Below, one piece after another: positions 50,037 through 63,085 of a DNA stretch of 64,000 nt. How positions within the stretch are numbered: position 1 is the first letter of the stretch; every line of letters begins with the position of its first letter. The DNA is from Eledone cirrhosa (Eukaryota): NCBI GenBank assembly GCA_964016885.1, contig OZ024744.1:55242001-55306000 (forward strand), in the 5' to 3' direction. The position numbers were made by a program, and so were the translations under genes. The notes below the pieces were generated by a model that had not been told where the DNA came from, made no database searches, and saw only the letters and a program-made list of their open reading frames with translations.

Positions 50037-50117
50037 ATCAAATATATTTTATTATACATATTTCAGAGGTACTGAGCTATTTCATCAGTACGTCCTCATC
50101 AGATAAAATATATTGAT
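50037..50117 (-). ncRNA. Type I hammerhead ribozyme motif
   Basis: Minus strand reads AATATATTTTAT-CTGATGA-GGACGTACTGA(TGAAATAGC)TCAGTACCTCT-GAAA-TATGTA-TA-ATAAAATATATT: 12-bp perfect helix I, helix II with 10 of 11 positions paired, short helix III, intact CUGAUGA/GAAA/UH core. Confidence 0.8.
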
Positions 50118-50196
50118 GTCTGACATATCTCAACTGTGCTGATGGTTCACTTCTTTATTCATTGATTAATCAATGAACCTTGTTAAACGTTTGGTC

Positions 50197-50229
<33 letters not shown>

Positions 50230-50312
50230 ATAAATATATTCACGTTGGTAGAAATCCGTAGACGAAAGATCAAGGAAAAGCTTGGACTGTTAGAAGATAG
50301 CTTATTTTGGTA

Positions 50313-50457
50313 TAAACAAATTTCATACACTTAACGTGTATGCGCTACGAGTGAAGGGCCAGTTTAAAAGTGACTTCTCCATTATACAGTGGTGGCCATA
50401 ACTGGACCCCGAAACCATTGGTAGCATATACATTTAAAGTGTATGAAACTTTGTTTA
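50313..50457. mobile_element. MITE-like inverted repeat
   Basis: TAAACAAATTTCATACACTTAACGTGTATGC pairs imperfectly with GCATATACATTTAAAGTGTATGAAACTTTGTTTA. Confidence 0.6.
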
Positions 50458-51681
50458 CATTATATATATATATATAATATACTATTTACAAGTGATAGCT
50501 AGATATTTTATTACTAAAATTAAGTAAATGTAGAGACATGCGGTGTAGCTAAAAATGAAACTAACAATAATGGGGAACGTGTAAAAAAAATAATAACTTC
50601 GTTTTCTTGAACTACCGAAACGAATAAGTTTCATTATAGCTTGTAATAAAAGTTTCGTCCCTGAAAACAGTGGGTGTCGCTGGCCATTGTCCGCGAAAAT
50701 GCCTTTGCCATTTTGTCTGTCGGACGCTACCGAAACACCGCTCTGACCTAGATGTAGAGTCTATCATCCTCTCCTTTTCCCCCGTTCGTTCTTCCTTTTT
50801 CTAATAACCCTTGCTCTTCCCCTCCCTTTTCTTTCATTTATTGTATTTATAGTCCTTTCCAATACTGCTTTCTTTTTCTTTGACCAATTTGTAATTATAT
50901 ATGTGTAAGTCATATTAAAAATAAAAAATTCCAAACTACAAAAATAAAAAGTAACATTTAACCATTCATTTGTTTGTAAAACAATTTCATTTTAAAAGCA
51001 CATGTATTACGAAAAAAAGGAAAACAAACAAACAACAACAAAAACCAATTTAGAGGGGCGTTCTGCTTTAGGTACATAAAATGACAGGCAATCAAATAAA
51101 AGTGAATGGAAATTAAAGTTTTCAGATTTTTCTTTGTAAATTTTCATATGTTGAACTTTTTTTTATCGATAAACTAAAATATTTATTTGTGAAAAAAAAA
51201 TGTTTAATGATTTATTCGTAAATATTGTACTGATATCCACCTGGTACCCCAAAAACTGCTTGCAGCCAATTGCCACCCAACAATAAATTAGTACAACAGA
51301 GGCATGTTTCGTGCAGTTTCATTTTGTGTTATTTTATATACTTAAAGCAAAACATTCCAAAATATCAAATGAGCATTCAGTTGTTCAAAGAACATTGATT
51401 TCTACTGATTGTATTATAGTTTAAGTGGTCAAGTATTTCATAAAAATGTATACCCATAACAATTCTCAGGCAGAATTCGTGTGACATAATATGTGACAAG
51501 GGTGAACCTTTGCCTGACAGGTACAGTTCATCCAACAGGCTTCTGCACAGTTCCTGGCTACCCAATTCCTATTTAACTCAAGGGTATGATAGAAGACACT
51601 TGCCCAAGATGTCATACAGAGGTAGTGAACCATGATCTCATGATTGTGAAATGAACTTCTTGACCATGCTGCATCTATATA

Positions 51682-51781
51682 CAGGGTATCCCCCAAAAAT
51701 GTATACACACTTTGTTTACTTATACAGGCAATATTTATTAGAATGCACAGCCTTTATGTATACATTTTTTGCGACACCCTG
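51682..51781. mobile_element. Tc1/mariner-type MITE (100 bp, TA TSD)
   Basis: TA|CAGGGTATCCCCCAAAAATGTATACA ... TGTATACATTTTTTGCGACACCCTG|TA. Confidence 0.8.
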
Positions 51782-52689
51782 TATATATAGTATTCAACAC
51801 CTGATAAAATAAAATATCAGTCTAGGGTGATGGATTGGCAAAATTGTTAGTGCTCTGGTTCTTTCCATTCTGAGTTCAAAACCCAATTGCCTACTTGTAT
51901 GGTAGGCATAATTCTTTGGTTTATCACCACCATCTGGTCCTTGGGTACCTATAGCAAAGTCCACTCTGTTGCAAAAATATGGTATGGGTTATCAAGTTTG
52001 AGGATAACTTCCTCCCTGCCACCAGTTGTGGAACCAGTAAAATAAAATGAAAATAATCAAAATCAACCAAAATACTATAATAACTGATATATATTTATCT
52101 TGTCTGTGGGTTTAAGAGATTCTCTCCTCAACCATGTATTTCTGGGTTCAGTCCTACTGTGCAAGCCTATACTGAAATTAGTAAAAGAATGAAACAATGA
52201 GTTAGTAATTGTAGAATATAGCCATAAACAGCTGCAATTGTAGAATATAGCCATAAACAGCTGCAACCAGCTTTGAGGAGGGCAGGAAGACAGCAGCTGA
52301 AGACAAGAAAGCTGTCTGCCACCCAACCACCAACTGACCAAGTTCACACTGTACCAGAGCTTGCAGGTCCAGGATTGGCTTCTATAACAACCTCAGGGTG
52401 TGCCACCACATGGAACAGGACAACAATTCTTCCCACTGATCTTCACAAGCAAAGAATTCGCCATTATTAGATATAGGAAGAAGACAAATCCATTAAATGA
52501 CTCCATGAAAAGTAAGATTCCACTACATCTGATGGGATACTCACAGGGGTTGACCAGTATATCAACCAGCAATGAGTTGTAGAGCAGAGAAATGGTTGAT
52601 AATTAAAAACATGGGACAGAGGTTTAGAACAACAAAGAGATGTATGGAAAGTTACATGTTAGGAATCACTAAAAATAACAACATACAAT

Positions 52690-55570
52690 ATAGAGGAGCA
52701 GTGGGTGTTACTGAGAAATAATCTACTGAAGTTGACAAACAGGGTCTGAGTCTGGATCAGAAGTTGAGGGAATGATTTGGTGGTAAAATAGTAGGATGAA
52801 GGAAACAATTAAGGTCAAGAGACAGGCATGGAAAGAATAGCAAAATGGGAAAAGCAGAGAACTTTACCAAGAGGCATGTAGAGAGGCTAAACGACAAGTT
52901 TACTTTGCAATGGTAGAAACAGAAAATAAAAAGTTTATGCATGTTATGCGACATGAGGATCAAAGAGATGAGGTGTTCAGGATTGCTAAGCAGTGTGTTA
53001 GGGGAAAATTGTGAAGTTGAGGACAGGTGAGTTCAAGATGACAATGGTGCACTTGCCCTCACTGATACCGAAAAGAAGGCAGCACGGTAGTGTCATTATG
53101 AGAGACTGAGAATGAGGATATTGCATAGGAGGAAGATAACCTGCCCCAAGGGGCAGCAGCATAGTAAATAACTCAAAGCAGCTGGGTCATCAGGAATAGT
53201 TGCTGAGATGTTAAAAACATTTGGGATGGTGGGTCACACCTTAACTATTTATATTGTAAATTAAGTGATACAAAATAGTGTCATAGCCAATGACTGATGT
53301 AGCAGCATCATTGTCAACTGCTACATGGGCGAAGGTGATGCGAGATAGAAAAAACTACCGGGGCTTCAAAGTAATGGACCAGGTCATGAATGTTACGGAA
53401 AAAGTCATTGTTCAACTGATTAGGGATCAAATTAACGTAGATTAGATGCAATTCGGATTTGTGCCAGGTAAGAGGTAACAGATGCTCTCTTCCTTGTGAG
53501 GCAACTGCAAGAGAAGTACCTAGCTAAAAGTAAACAATTTGTCGACCTGGACAAAGCTCTTGATAGGGTTCTTGTTCTGTAATCTTGTGGGTTCATAAGA
53601 AACTAGGGGTAGATGAGTGAGGGCAGTGAAAGCCATCTTAGAATTAATAATGACTCTAGGGAGGAGTTTAGCGTACAAGTTGTGATCCATCAGGGCTCCA
53701 TCCTTACTTCTCTCTAGATTATAACAGAAAAGTTCAAAACAGGTTGCCCATGGTAACCCCTGTATACTAACTCTCATAGCTGAATCTATGACAGAACTAA
53801 AGGAAAAATTCTACACTTGAAAGCATAACCTGGAATCAAAAGGTCTTAAAGTCATCTTGGGAAAGACTAAAGTCCTTGTAAGTAAAAAGGAAAACAAGGC
53901 TCTGATCCATCCATGGAAATGACCCTGTTCAGTGTGTAGGAAATTCCATCCTCTGTCCCAAATGCAAACGATGGGTACACAAGGTGTAGTGGGATCTTAG
54001 GTAGGCTTGTGAAGAACGTAGGTTTTACATGTGGTCGATGCACAGGAGAAGTAAGTAGCAAACAAACCATCAAATTCTTAGAGGGTTCCATAGAAGTAGT
54101 TGATAGCTTCTGTTATCTGAGTGACAAAATTAGCAGTGGAAGTGGGAATTCCAAAAGTACAGTAGCTAGACTGAGAACGTGATGGAAAAAGTTCAGGGAG
54201 CTAGTATTGCTGCTAGCTACAAAAGATTTTTCCCTCAAAAGGAAAGGCAGATTGTACGATGGGTGTGTACAAACAACAATGCTGCATAGAAGTGAAACCT
54301 GGGCACTGTATGCAGAGGAGGTACAAAGAGTGGATGTGTAATTGTAATATATATGAACAGCATAGAATAAATGAACTGAGAGAGAAACTAGGCATAAGAG
54401 GGTTCAGATGCAATGTGCAGGAGAGGAGATTGTAGTGGTATGGACATGTGATGTGTATAGAGGACAGCTGCTTAAAAAGGTACAGGGCGTTCAAAGTTGA
54501 TGGAAGAGGAAGACTTAGGAAAGCTTGGGATGAGGTGATAAAAGCCGACCTTGCACAATTACATCTCTCAAAGACGATGACATGGGATCGAGTTCTCTGG
54601 CGTTATGCAGTACTGCAGAAGACCCACCTCCCCATGTGCACAGGAATGCACCACTTCTCCACCCCTTCCCTATAATACTGCAGAAAACCTGCTTTCCCAT
54701 GTGCACGGGATGAAACAACATCTAGTGGAATCTAGTATGCACCACATCTCCCCCTTCCATACCTTCGAAGACTTACCATATCACTCTTCACCAGCTGTGC
54801 CCCACCATAGACCTACATCTCAAATTCCCACCCTACATATGTGAACCCCCATTTTTCTACCTCTGAGGCACCTCTCTTGACCAACCTATGCATACATGCA
54901 TGGAAAGCTGAACACACTCTCCCACAATGCTGCTGAAATAGCTATAGCTCTCAGTCCACCCTGTAAGGTGATCATGCATGTGACACAAGAAAAGCCCCTA
55001 GTCAACCATGTAAGATGCTCATGTTAGTACCATAACTCAAGAGCACCTAGTCCTCACTGTAAGGTAACATGACAAAAGAGCACCTAGCCCTCCTTGCAAA
55101 GCAGTCATGATGGTGACATGACAAATAAGCACCCAGTCCACCTTGCAAGGTGGTCATGTTGGTGACAGAACAGGAGGCACCCAGCCCACTCTTTAAAGTG
55201 GTCATGTTGGTGGCACAACAGAAGGTGCCCAGTGGAGTAGTTGGGTTGGTGACATGACAAAGAGTACCCAGTCTGCCCTGTAAGGTGGCTATACCCTGTC
55301 CACCCTGTAAAGTGGTCGTTTTGGTGCCATGACAAAAATGGCCACCCCACACTGTAATGTGGTTGTGTTGGTGACACGACAAAAAGACCCAGTCCACACT
55401 CTAAATGTAGTTGGCCAACCAGCCATAGAAACCAAGGCCAACCAGCCATAGAAACCAAGCCAGAAACAGTTCTGTAGGAGAAAGACAGTCATCTGATCTG
55501 ACTTGTCTCACAATGGGACAGCTTGTCTAACCCATGCTGCCATGGAAAAATGGACGTTAACCGGTGATCG
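52690..55570 (+). mobile_element. Decayed RTE LINE with long 3' UTR of diverged 48-bp-type units
   Basis: Colinear with 14330-17054; unit array about 54955-55410. Confidence 0.88.
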
Positions 55571-57014
55571 TAATAATAACCGGTGATACATATCATCATC
55601 ATCATCATCATTGTTTAACGTTCATTTTTTACGCTAGCATATATTTATGAAGTTAAGGTCCAAAACACTTGCATGAGGGGGTTTTCTTCTGAAGACCTGC
55701 TGTCCATTGTCCAGCTCTCCTGAGTGTTTCTTACTATTAAATGTGTGTGTGTATATATATATATATATATTAGGGAGGCAGTAAAAACCAGTTAGACCAT
55801 TACTCACTAGAATACTCGATACTTGAGTTAGTAGAGTGGGTAATATGAAAAATTCGGGACCCCGAATTTTTCATATACATATATATATATATGTGTGTGT
55901 GTATGTGTGAATCATCATCAAGGTTTTAACATCCACATACCCTGTTAGCAAGAGTTGGATAGGTACTGTACTGAAGCAGGGATACTGACCTTCCAGACAG
56001 GCCGGGGATCTGTATCTTATTTATGTATGGTTTCACTTTCTACCGAGTGCCCTGGAGAAGTTGTCATGTCTTTGATACAACTCAAGAGTCCACCCAGCCT
56101 TTTGTTTGGGAAGCTTTCTATGCCCTTCCTTTCACCACTTTACAGCATGTATTGGGTATGTTTATTGTATAAATCACCAAACACTAGTGTGGTTGCCATA
56201 CCATGGCATGACTGAAGGATTGCCTCAACTCTCACCCCTTTTTTTTTCATTGAGACATGAGCATTCAGTGTCGGAAAGTGGGAGTGTAGTAATGAAGAGA
56301 ATAGCTAAGGAGTAATAGTGGAAGGGGCGTGGGTGGAGTGTAGAGTAACTACTAGGGTGCAATAATGAGGGTATCTAAATGTTTTAGAGGGGGAGACAGC
56401 AGCTAAGGTAAGAATACAGGAAGATGCGTAAGTGGGAATGTATAGGGATGGTGAGGATAGTTCTAGGGAGTGCTAGTGGAGAGAGCAAGGCACAAGGGCA
56501 TAAGAGTGAGGAGAGTGGCTACTAGAGTATGATAAGGAGTCAAGACTTTTAAAGGAGCAGCAGCTAAGGAGTGAGTGATGGGGAGGGAGGGTATGTGTGT
56601 GCTGCAGTGGGAGTAGTAATGGTGAGAATAGTGGAGAGAGGGAACATGGGGATAAGTCAAGCCACATTGTATGTGGCAGGCCAGGTTTTCACCAGCATAG
56701 CCCCAACAATTGTGGTCCTTTGCATTTCAGTTGTAAATCTAAAAATTTATATATATATATATATATATTGTTATACTTTGGGAGGATCATGCTGCCAATA
56801 AAAAACACACACATCTGTTGGTTTTCATTTCAATTTATTACAAATTTACGGTTGGTTGGTTTAATAACCGGATGGTTGTTTATTTATTTTCAAAACTCTT
56901 TCATCACAGTTTCTGTGACCTCCTCAGTGACTAATTTGTTATTTTGTGTCTCTCTTTTTCTCTGTCCTACACCATCTTGATTTTTGTGTGTTGTGTATAT
57001 ATATGGATATATAT

Positions 57015-57780
57015 TATCATCATCAACATTTAATGTCCATTTTCCATGTTTGTGTGGGTTTGACAGGCTGTCACGTTATGAAGCAAGTCAGGTCAGGTGA
57101 TGATGTCTTGCTCATATGTATCTCTATTTTGGTTTCATTTCTACGACTGGATGCCCTTCCTAATGCCAACCACATTACAGTCTGGACTGGGTGTTTTCTT
57201 TTTCATTGTAGCACTAAAATGGCCATCTAACAGGGTTGACTGGGTGCTTTTTGTCATGTCACCAGTGTAACCACCTTACAAAGTTGACTGGGTGCTTTTG
57301 TTGTGGAACTAGATCACCATACAGAGTTCTTTTTTGTCATGGCAGCAGCATTATGGGAGGGGGCAGCAGATCTTGAGCATGTCCAGCTTTCTATTTTTGT
57401 ATGCTTAGGTAGGACAGGAGAGGAGAAGTACATCAGGAGTGTGGCTGGTGGAGAGGGGAAGGATTAAGCAGATTGGATACAGATGAGGTGAGTGGGATAT
57501 TTAGTTGGTGAGGGTAGGGTATTAAGATTGGGAAGGGAAAATGGAATATGGATAGGAAGAATATTGGTGCAGACGAGTGTCCTCAACATGTTTGTTTCAT
57601 CATGTGCACATGGGAAGGTGGATTTTCTGTAGTACAGAATAACTCCAGAGATCTCGTTCCTGTTTCATACCTTTGAGAGATTTAATTGTGCACGGTCAAC
57701 TTTTATCACTTCATTTCAAGCTTTCCTAGGTATTCCTCTTTAATATATTCAATCAACTTTGAGAGCCCTATACCTTAAGC
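57015..57780 (-). mobile_element. RTE ORF end and 3' UTR
   Basis: Reverse complement of the ORF-end / C-rich / unit / terminus arrangement. Confidence 0.78.
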
Positions 57781-57899
57781 TCACAGGCTTACACTCCTCT
57801 GTTATGGCCTGGAGAACTATGATGAACAGAAGTTTTCATCTTCCTCTCACTCTTACAGTGAACTCAACTTCAGAACTGCCACCATCAATGTAGGCATGA

Positions 57900-60180
57900 T
57901 GAAAAGAAAATGTGATTGTAGAGATGCTGGAGTGAAAGAAATTTGATGTGGGTTGTGTACAAGAGACTAGATGGAGAAGAACATCAGCTAAACTCACCAG
58001 AAGACAAGATAGAGTGACAGTTGTAAACACAAAGTCCCTCCAAGGTGAGGAATGCACCTCCCAACATAACTGAGTAGTTAGCGATTTTATAATTAGGGCT
58101 AGACGAACTCGGAAACAGAGCGCAACCTAGAGGAGAAGGATATAGAATTTCAAGGAGCCCCCAACCAGTAACAAATTTAGGAATATCTTGCTCGATGCTT
58201 TTGACAATAAGGAAGAAGAAATAGCTAGCGACTTACTGTATAGATGAGCAACGGGAGTACTCTAGAGATACTCTACTGAAGGCCTGGAACTCCAGGGAGA
58301 AGGAGGGTGACTTGGTGGTGGAATAGTAGGGTAGAGGAAACAATCTAGGCAAAAAGACAGGCATGGAAAGAATGGCAGAATAGGGGAAGTAGAGACACTA
58401 TTAGGATGCTAGGAGAGAAGCAAGTATACTTTGCAAAGAGGGAAGCAGAAATCAAAATGTTTATGTATGTTTTGCAACGTGGGGTGTTCAGGATCGCTTG
58501 GCAGTGTGTCAGGGAAAATTGTGATGTTGATGGGGAGAAGTGGGTCTGATGTAGTGGTGCACTTGCACTCACAGATGCTGAAAAGAAGGCAGCTTGGAAG
58601 TGTCATGAGAGACTGATGAGTGAGGAGAATGCATGAGAGGAAGATCGTCTGTCCAAAATATACACCACAGAGGTACCAGCTGTACAAGTTAGCAGCAGCA
58701 TAGAATGTAAGGCAATTAAGGATATGAAGACAGGCAAAGTAGCTGGGCTATTGGGAATAGTTGCTGAGATGCTGAAAGCATCTAGGATGGTAGGACACAC
58801 TTTAACCATCCCTATTGTAAAACAAGTAATACTAAGTAATGCTGTGCTCAATGACTGGCATAACAGTATCATCATCAACTGCTATAAGAGCATAAGATAT
58901 GCACCTGATAGAGAAAACTATAGAGGCATCTAAGTCATGAAAGTTACAGAAGGAGTCATTGTACAACTGATTAGAAATCAAATTAACCTAGATGAGATGC
59001 AGTTTGGATTTGTGCCAGGTAAAAGTACTACTGATGTTCTCTTTTTTTGTGAGGTAACTGCAGGAGAAGTACCTCACTAAAAGTAAGCTCCTCTACTTGG
59101 CATTTGTTGACCTGGAGAAAGTATTTGATAGAGTCACCCATTCCATAATCTGGAATCTTGGTGTAAATGAGTGGCTTGTGAGGGCAGTACAAACCATGAA
59201 CAGTCAGTAAGGTTAGAATTAGCTATGGTTATAGTGAGAAGTTTAATGTGTAAGTGTGGGTCATGTGATGCATATGGCTGTTGTATAAAAAAAATGCAAG
59301 AGGTTTGAAGTTGAAGGAAACTATGAAAGAGGAAGACCTAGAAAAGCTAGGGATGAAGTGATAAAAGCTGACCTTGCGCAATTAAACCACTCAAAGGTGA
59401 TGGCACAGGATTGAGATCTCTGGCGTTATGCAAAAATGCAGACTCGCCTTCCCATGCGCACAGGATAAAGCAACATCTAGAGGACATTAATATGCACCAA
59501 ATCTTCTCTTCTCCTCCATCCATGCACCTCCCACACCTTAACACTCCACGCTTCACCAGTTATGTACCCCACCTTAGACCCACTTCTCCAATCCGCAGCC
59601 AGCAGACACGTACCACCACCATCCCCTGATGCCCCACCTTCCACAACTAATACATCTCTCTTGTTCAATCCATGCATACAAATGTAGAAAATTGGACACA
59701 ATGCTGCTGAAATGGCTAAAAGCTGTTAGTCCACCCTGTAAGGTGGTCAGGCTGGTGATACAACAAAGGCCTCTTGTCTACCCTGTAAAATGGTCATGTA
59801 GGTGGCACGACAAATAAGCACCCAGTCAACCCTGTAAACTGGTCGTATTGGTGACACAACAAAAAGCACTCAGCCCACAACACTCTAAAGTGGTTGTGTT
59901 GGTGACATTACAAAAATACACTGTAAGGTGGTCGGTTTGGTAACACAATGAAAATGTACCCAATCAAACCTATCAGTTGGTCATTTTGGTACTATGATAA
60001 AAAGCACCCGGTCCATACTGTAAATGTAGTGTGTGTTAGGAAGGGCATCCAGCCATAGAAACCAAACCAGAAATATTTCTTTATGAGTAAGACATGATCA
60101 CCAGATGTGACTACTGTCACAATGGGACAATTCGTCTAACCCATGCTAGCAAAGAAAATAGACATTTAATGATGAGGATG
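57900..60180 (+). mobile_element. Decayed RTE LINE with large internal deletions
   Basis: VGCVQETRWR, KTGKVAGLLGIVAEMLK, ENYRGI, DLEKVFDRV, 3' UTR units, terminus. Confidence 0.85.
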
Positions 60181-60191
60181 ATCTCTCTCCC

Positions 60192-60282
<91 letters not shown>
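60181..60282. repeat. (CT)n(AT)n microsatellite
   Basis: Direct inspection. Confidence 0.97.
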
Positions 60283-60284
<2 letters not shown>

Positions 60285-61239
60285 GTGGAAGCTTAGTAAA
60301 ATCGAAGCTGTGGGCAAGCAAAGTCGACCTACAATATGAATGAGTTAGCAAAGCACTCAATAAGGGTAGGTCCTTAGAGTAAGACCATACGTTTAAATAG
60401 CTTGACAAATTGAACATTGTGGTAGGCAAAACCTAACACAATACCAGAGCAACGAAAAAACTAACAGGTTAAAAAAGATACACCTGGACAAATTAAACAA
60501 TATACGTTTAAAGTGTTTCTGTGAATCCGAAATCAAATATCCAACTTACGTAACAGGCACGCTCGTGGTATTCCATGACGAACAGAGGATTCATTTCATC
60601 AACAGGAGTTGCGTTCTGCCCAAAAGCGAGGTGGATTCTAAATGCTACTGCTATGAGCGAGCTGAACGCACATTTAGTTATCACGTGTTATTTCCAACAA
60701 GGGAAGCAACCCTCGGTTTTGGCGGGTAGATTCAAAGTGTTAAACAAAGGAAATATAATTTCTGCTAACATTCAGAATGAAGCTCTCAACCAGATGTTAT
60801 TAAACAAACACAAATAATTAACCAATCAACAGAATTGTCTAATTAAATTAATTAGTTAATTATTCAATCTAGGAGAAATATATATATATATATTTGTTTT
60901 TTGGTTCAATAATCCATGCAGGTTGATTCAAGCAATCAACTAATTGTGGTATAACCAAGCATAAGCATTCCATCTCATAGGTATCCATAAAGGTTTTACA
61001 TATATGGTATCAGATGGAGTATCAGTATTAAGTAAGAAGAACAACATCTCTTTAACATGTGTGCATTATCAGCTCCTGTATAATGCCAATATTAAATATC
61101 TATTAAATATTTTAATGTCTTTGAAATGAACATAACCGGTGCGATGAAAGACAATAAACTGAAGTGGAATATGTATAAGCGTCTCTCTTCTTACTTAATT
61201 TGTGTAAGTATTAAGTATTTATATATATACTAGCTCCTA

Positions 61240-62204
61240 GATGGTTCTATAGAAATAGTGGACACTTTCCATTACCTGGGTGACAAAATCAGCAGTGGTG
61301 GAGGGTGCTCTGAAAGTACAGTAGCTAGAGTCAGAACGGGATGGAAAAAGTTCAGAGAGCTTATACCACTATTGGCCACTAAAGGTTTCTCTCTAAAAAT
61401 GAAAGCAGATTGTATGATGCCTGCATACGAACAGCAATGTTACATGGCAGTGAGACCTGGGCATTGTGTGCAGAGGATCTACGCAGACTGGAAAGGAACG
61501 AAGCATGCATGCTCCGTTGGATGTGTAATAGTAATATACGTGAACGGCAAAGCATAAATGAACTAAGGGAGAAATTAGGAATAAGAGGGATAAGATTTAC
61601 TTGAGAAAAGACTACGTTGATATGGTCACGTGATACGCATGAAAGACGACAGCTGTATAAACAAGTGCAGGGCGATCAAAATTGATGGTAGTTACGGAGT
61701 AGGTAGACCCAGAAAAACCTGGGATGATTTAATAAATTGCGACCTTACACACTTACACCTCTCTAAGACAATGTCATTGGACCGAGATCTTTGGCGCTAC
61801 GCAGTAATACAGAAGACCCGCCTTGCTTATGTACAAAGCGAAACCTACTACAGTCAGTAGGCACCTCTTAACCAAATATACACCCCAATCCACTACCCCT
61901 ACCCTATCCTCCCACTCCCACCAACAGCACGAGATAATGAGATCGAGATCGTGTAGGTGTCACAACAAAAAAACACACAGTCCACACTGTAATGTGGCCG
62001 TGTAGGTAACACGGTAAAAAGTTCCCAATTCCACACTGTAAATATGGTTGGTGTTAGGAAGGGCATCCAGCCGTAGAAAACCTGCCAGATAGTCCTATAC
62101 AAGTGAGACACGGTCACTCGACCAACCTTGTCTCAAGTGGGACAACTCCCGTCTAACCCATGCTAGCGTGGAAAATGGACGTTAAACGAAGATGATGATG
62201 ATGA
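61240..62204 (+). mobile_element. 5'-truncated RTE LINE (subfamily of 7047-8535)
   Basis: YLGDKISSGGGCSES, YDACIRTAMLHGSETW, GRPRKTWDD, (GAT)n tail. Confidence 0.92.
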
Positions 62205-62708
62205 TATATACACATATATGTCCATTTCCCATGCTTACATGGGTTAGGCATATTGTCACATTATGAGGCAAGTGAGGTCAGTGATCACATCTAGCCCCTA
62301 TTGATCCGTACTTTGGCTTGGCTTCTGTAGGTAGATGCCTTTCCTAACACCTACCATGACACAGTGTGGACTGGGTGCTTTTTATCATGTCACCAAAACA
62401 ATCAACAGGATTGAATGGGTGGGTTTTATCATGTCACCAGCACGAATACCTACAGGGTGGACTGAATGCTTTTTTTTTTCTTGTCTCAACATTATATATG
62501 TGGTGTGTGTGTTTATGTCTATGAATACATGGCTGGCTGAATATATATGTATTTTTGTGTATGTGTGTGTGTATATGTCTGTATATGAATACGTGGCTGA
62601 CTGAATATATATATGTGTGTGTGTGTATATATGTTTATGTATATAAATACATGGCTGACTGAATATATATATGTGCATGTGTGTGTGTGTGTATATATTT
62701 ATGTATAT

Positions 62709-62860
62709 CAGTGGTTCTCAACTGGGATCCACATGGACCCTGGGGGTCCACAGGCAAAAAATAGAATAAGCTTTTCTTTTGTCGAATAGCTGAGGGGGTC
62801 CACCCCCCAAAAAAATAAGGGAAAAGGGGTCCATGAGTAAAAAAAGGTTGAGAACCACTG
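62709..62860. mobile_element. hAT (Charlie-like) MITE with 8-bp TSD
   Basis: TIR CAGTGGTTCTCAAC / GTTGAGAACCACTG; TSD ATGTATAT at 62701-62708 and 62861-62868. Confidence 0.92.
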
Positions 62861-62936
62861 ATGTATATGAATACATGTCTGACTAAATATATGTGTGTAT
62901 ATATATGACTATGTATATGAATACATGGCTGATTGA

Positions 62937-62972
<36 letters not shown>

Positions 62973-63085
62973 ATATATGTTTATGTATGGCTGACTAAAT
63001 ATATATATATGTGTGTGTGTATATAGTTATGTATATGAATACATGCCTGACTGAATATATGTGTATGTATGTGTGTGTGTATGTT

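Noticed and set aside
52290-52322. CTGAAGA-CAA-GAAA-GCTGTC hammerhead-like string
   Set aside because: Helix II cannot form and helix I is out of register.
56895-56935. Second hammerhead candidate (minus strand CTGAGGA-GGTCACA-GAAA-CTGTGA)
   Set aside because: No proper helix II, no UH triplet in register, helix I only 3 bp; at best a decayed relic.
60575-60817. ORF with SSTGVAFC resembling menin DSSGVAFAV
   Set aside because: No TKLD, SEDHAW or EVTWHGKG motifs and no compatible acceptor; MEN1 exon 2 was not found in the window.
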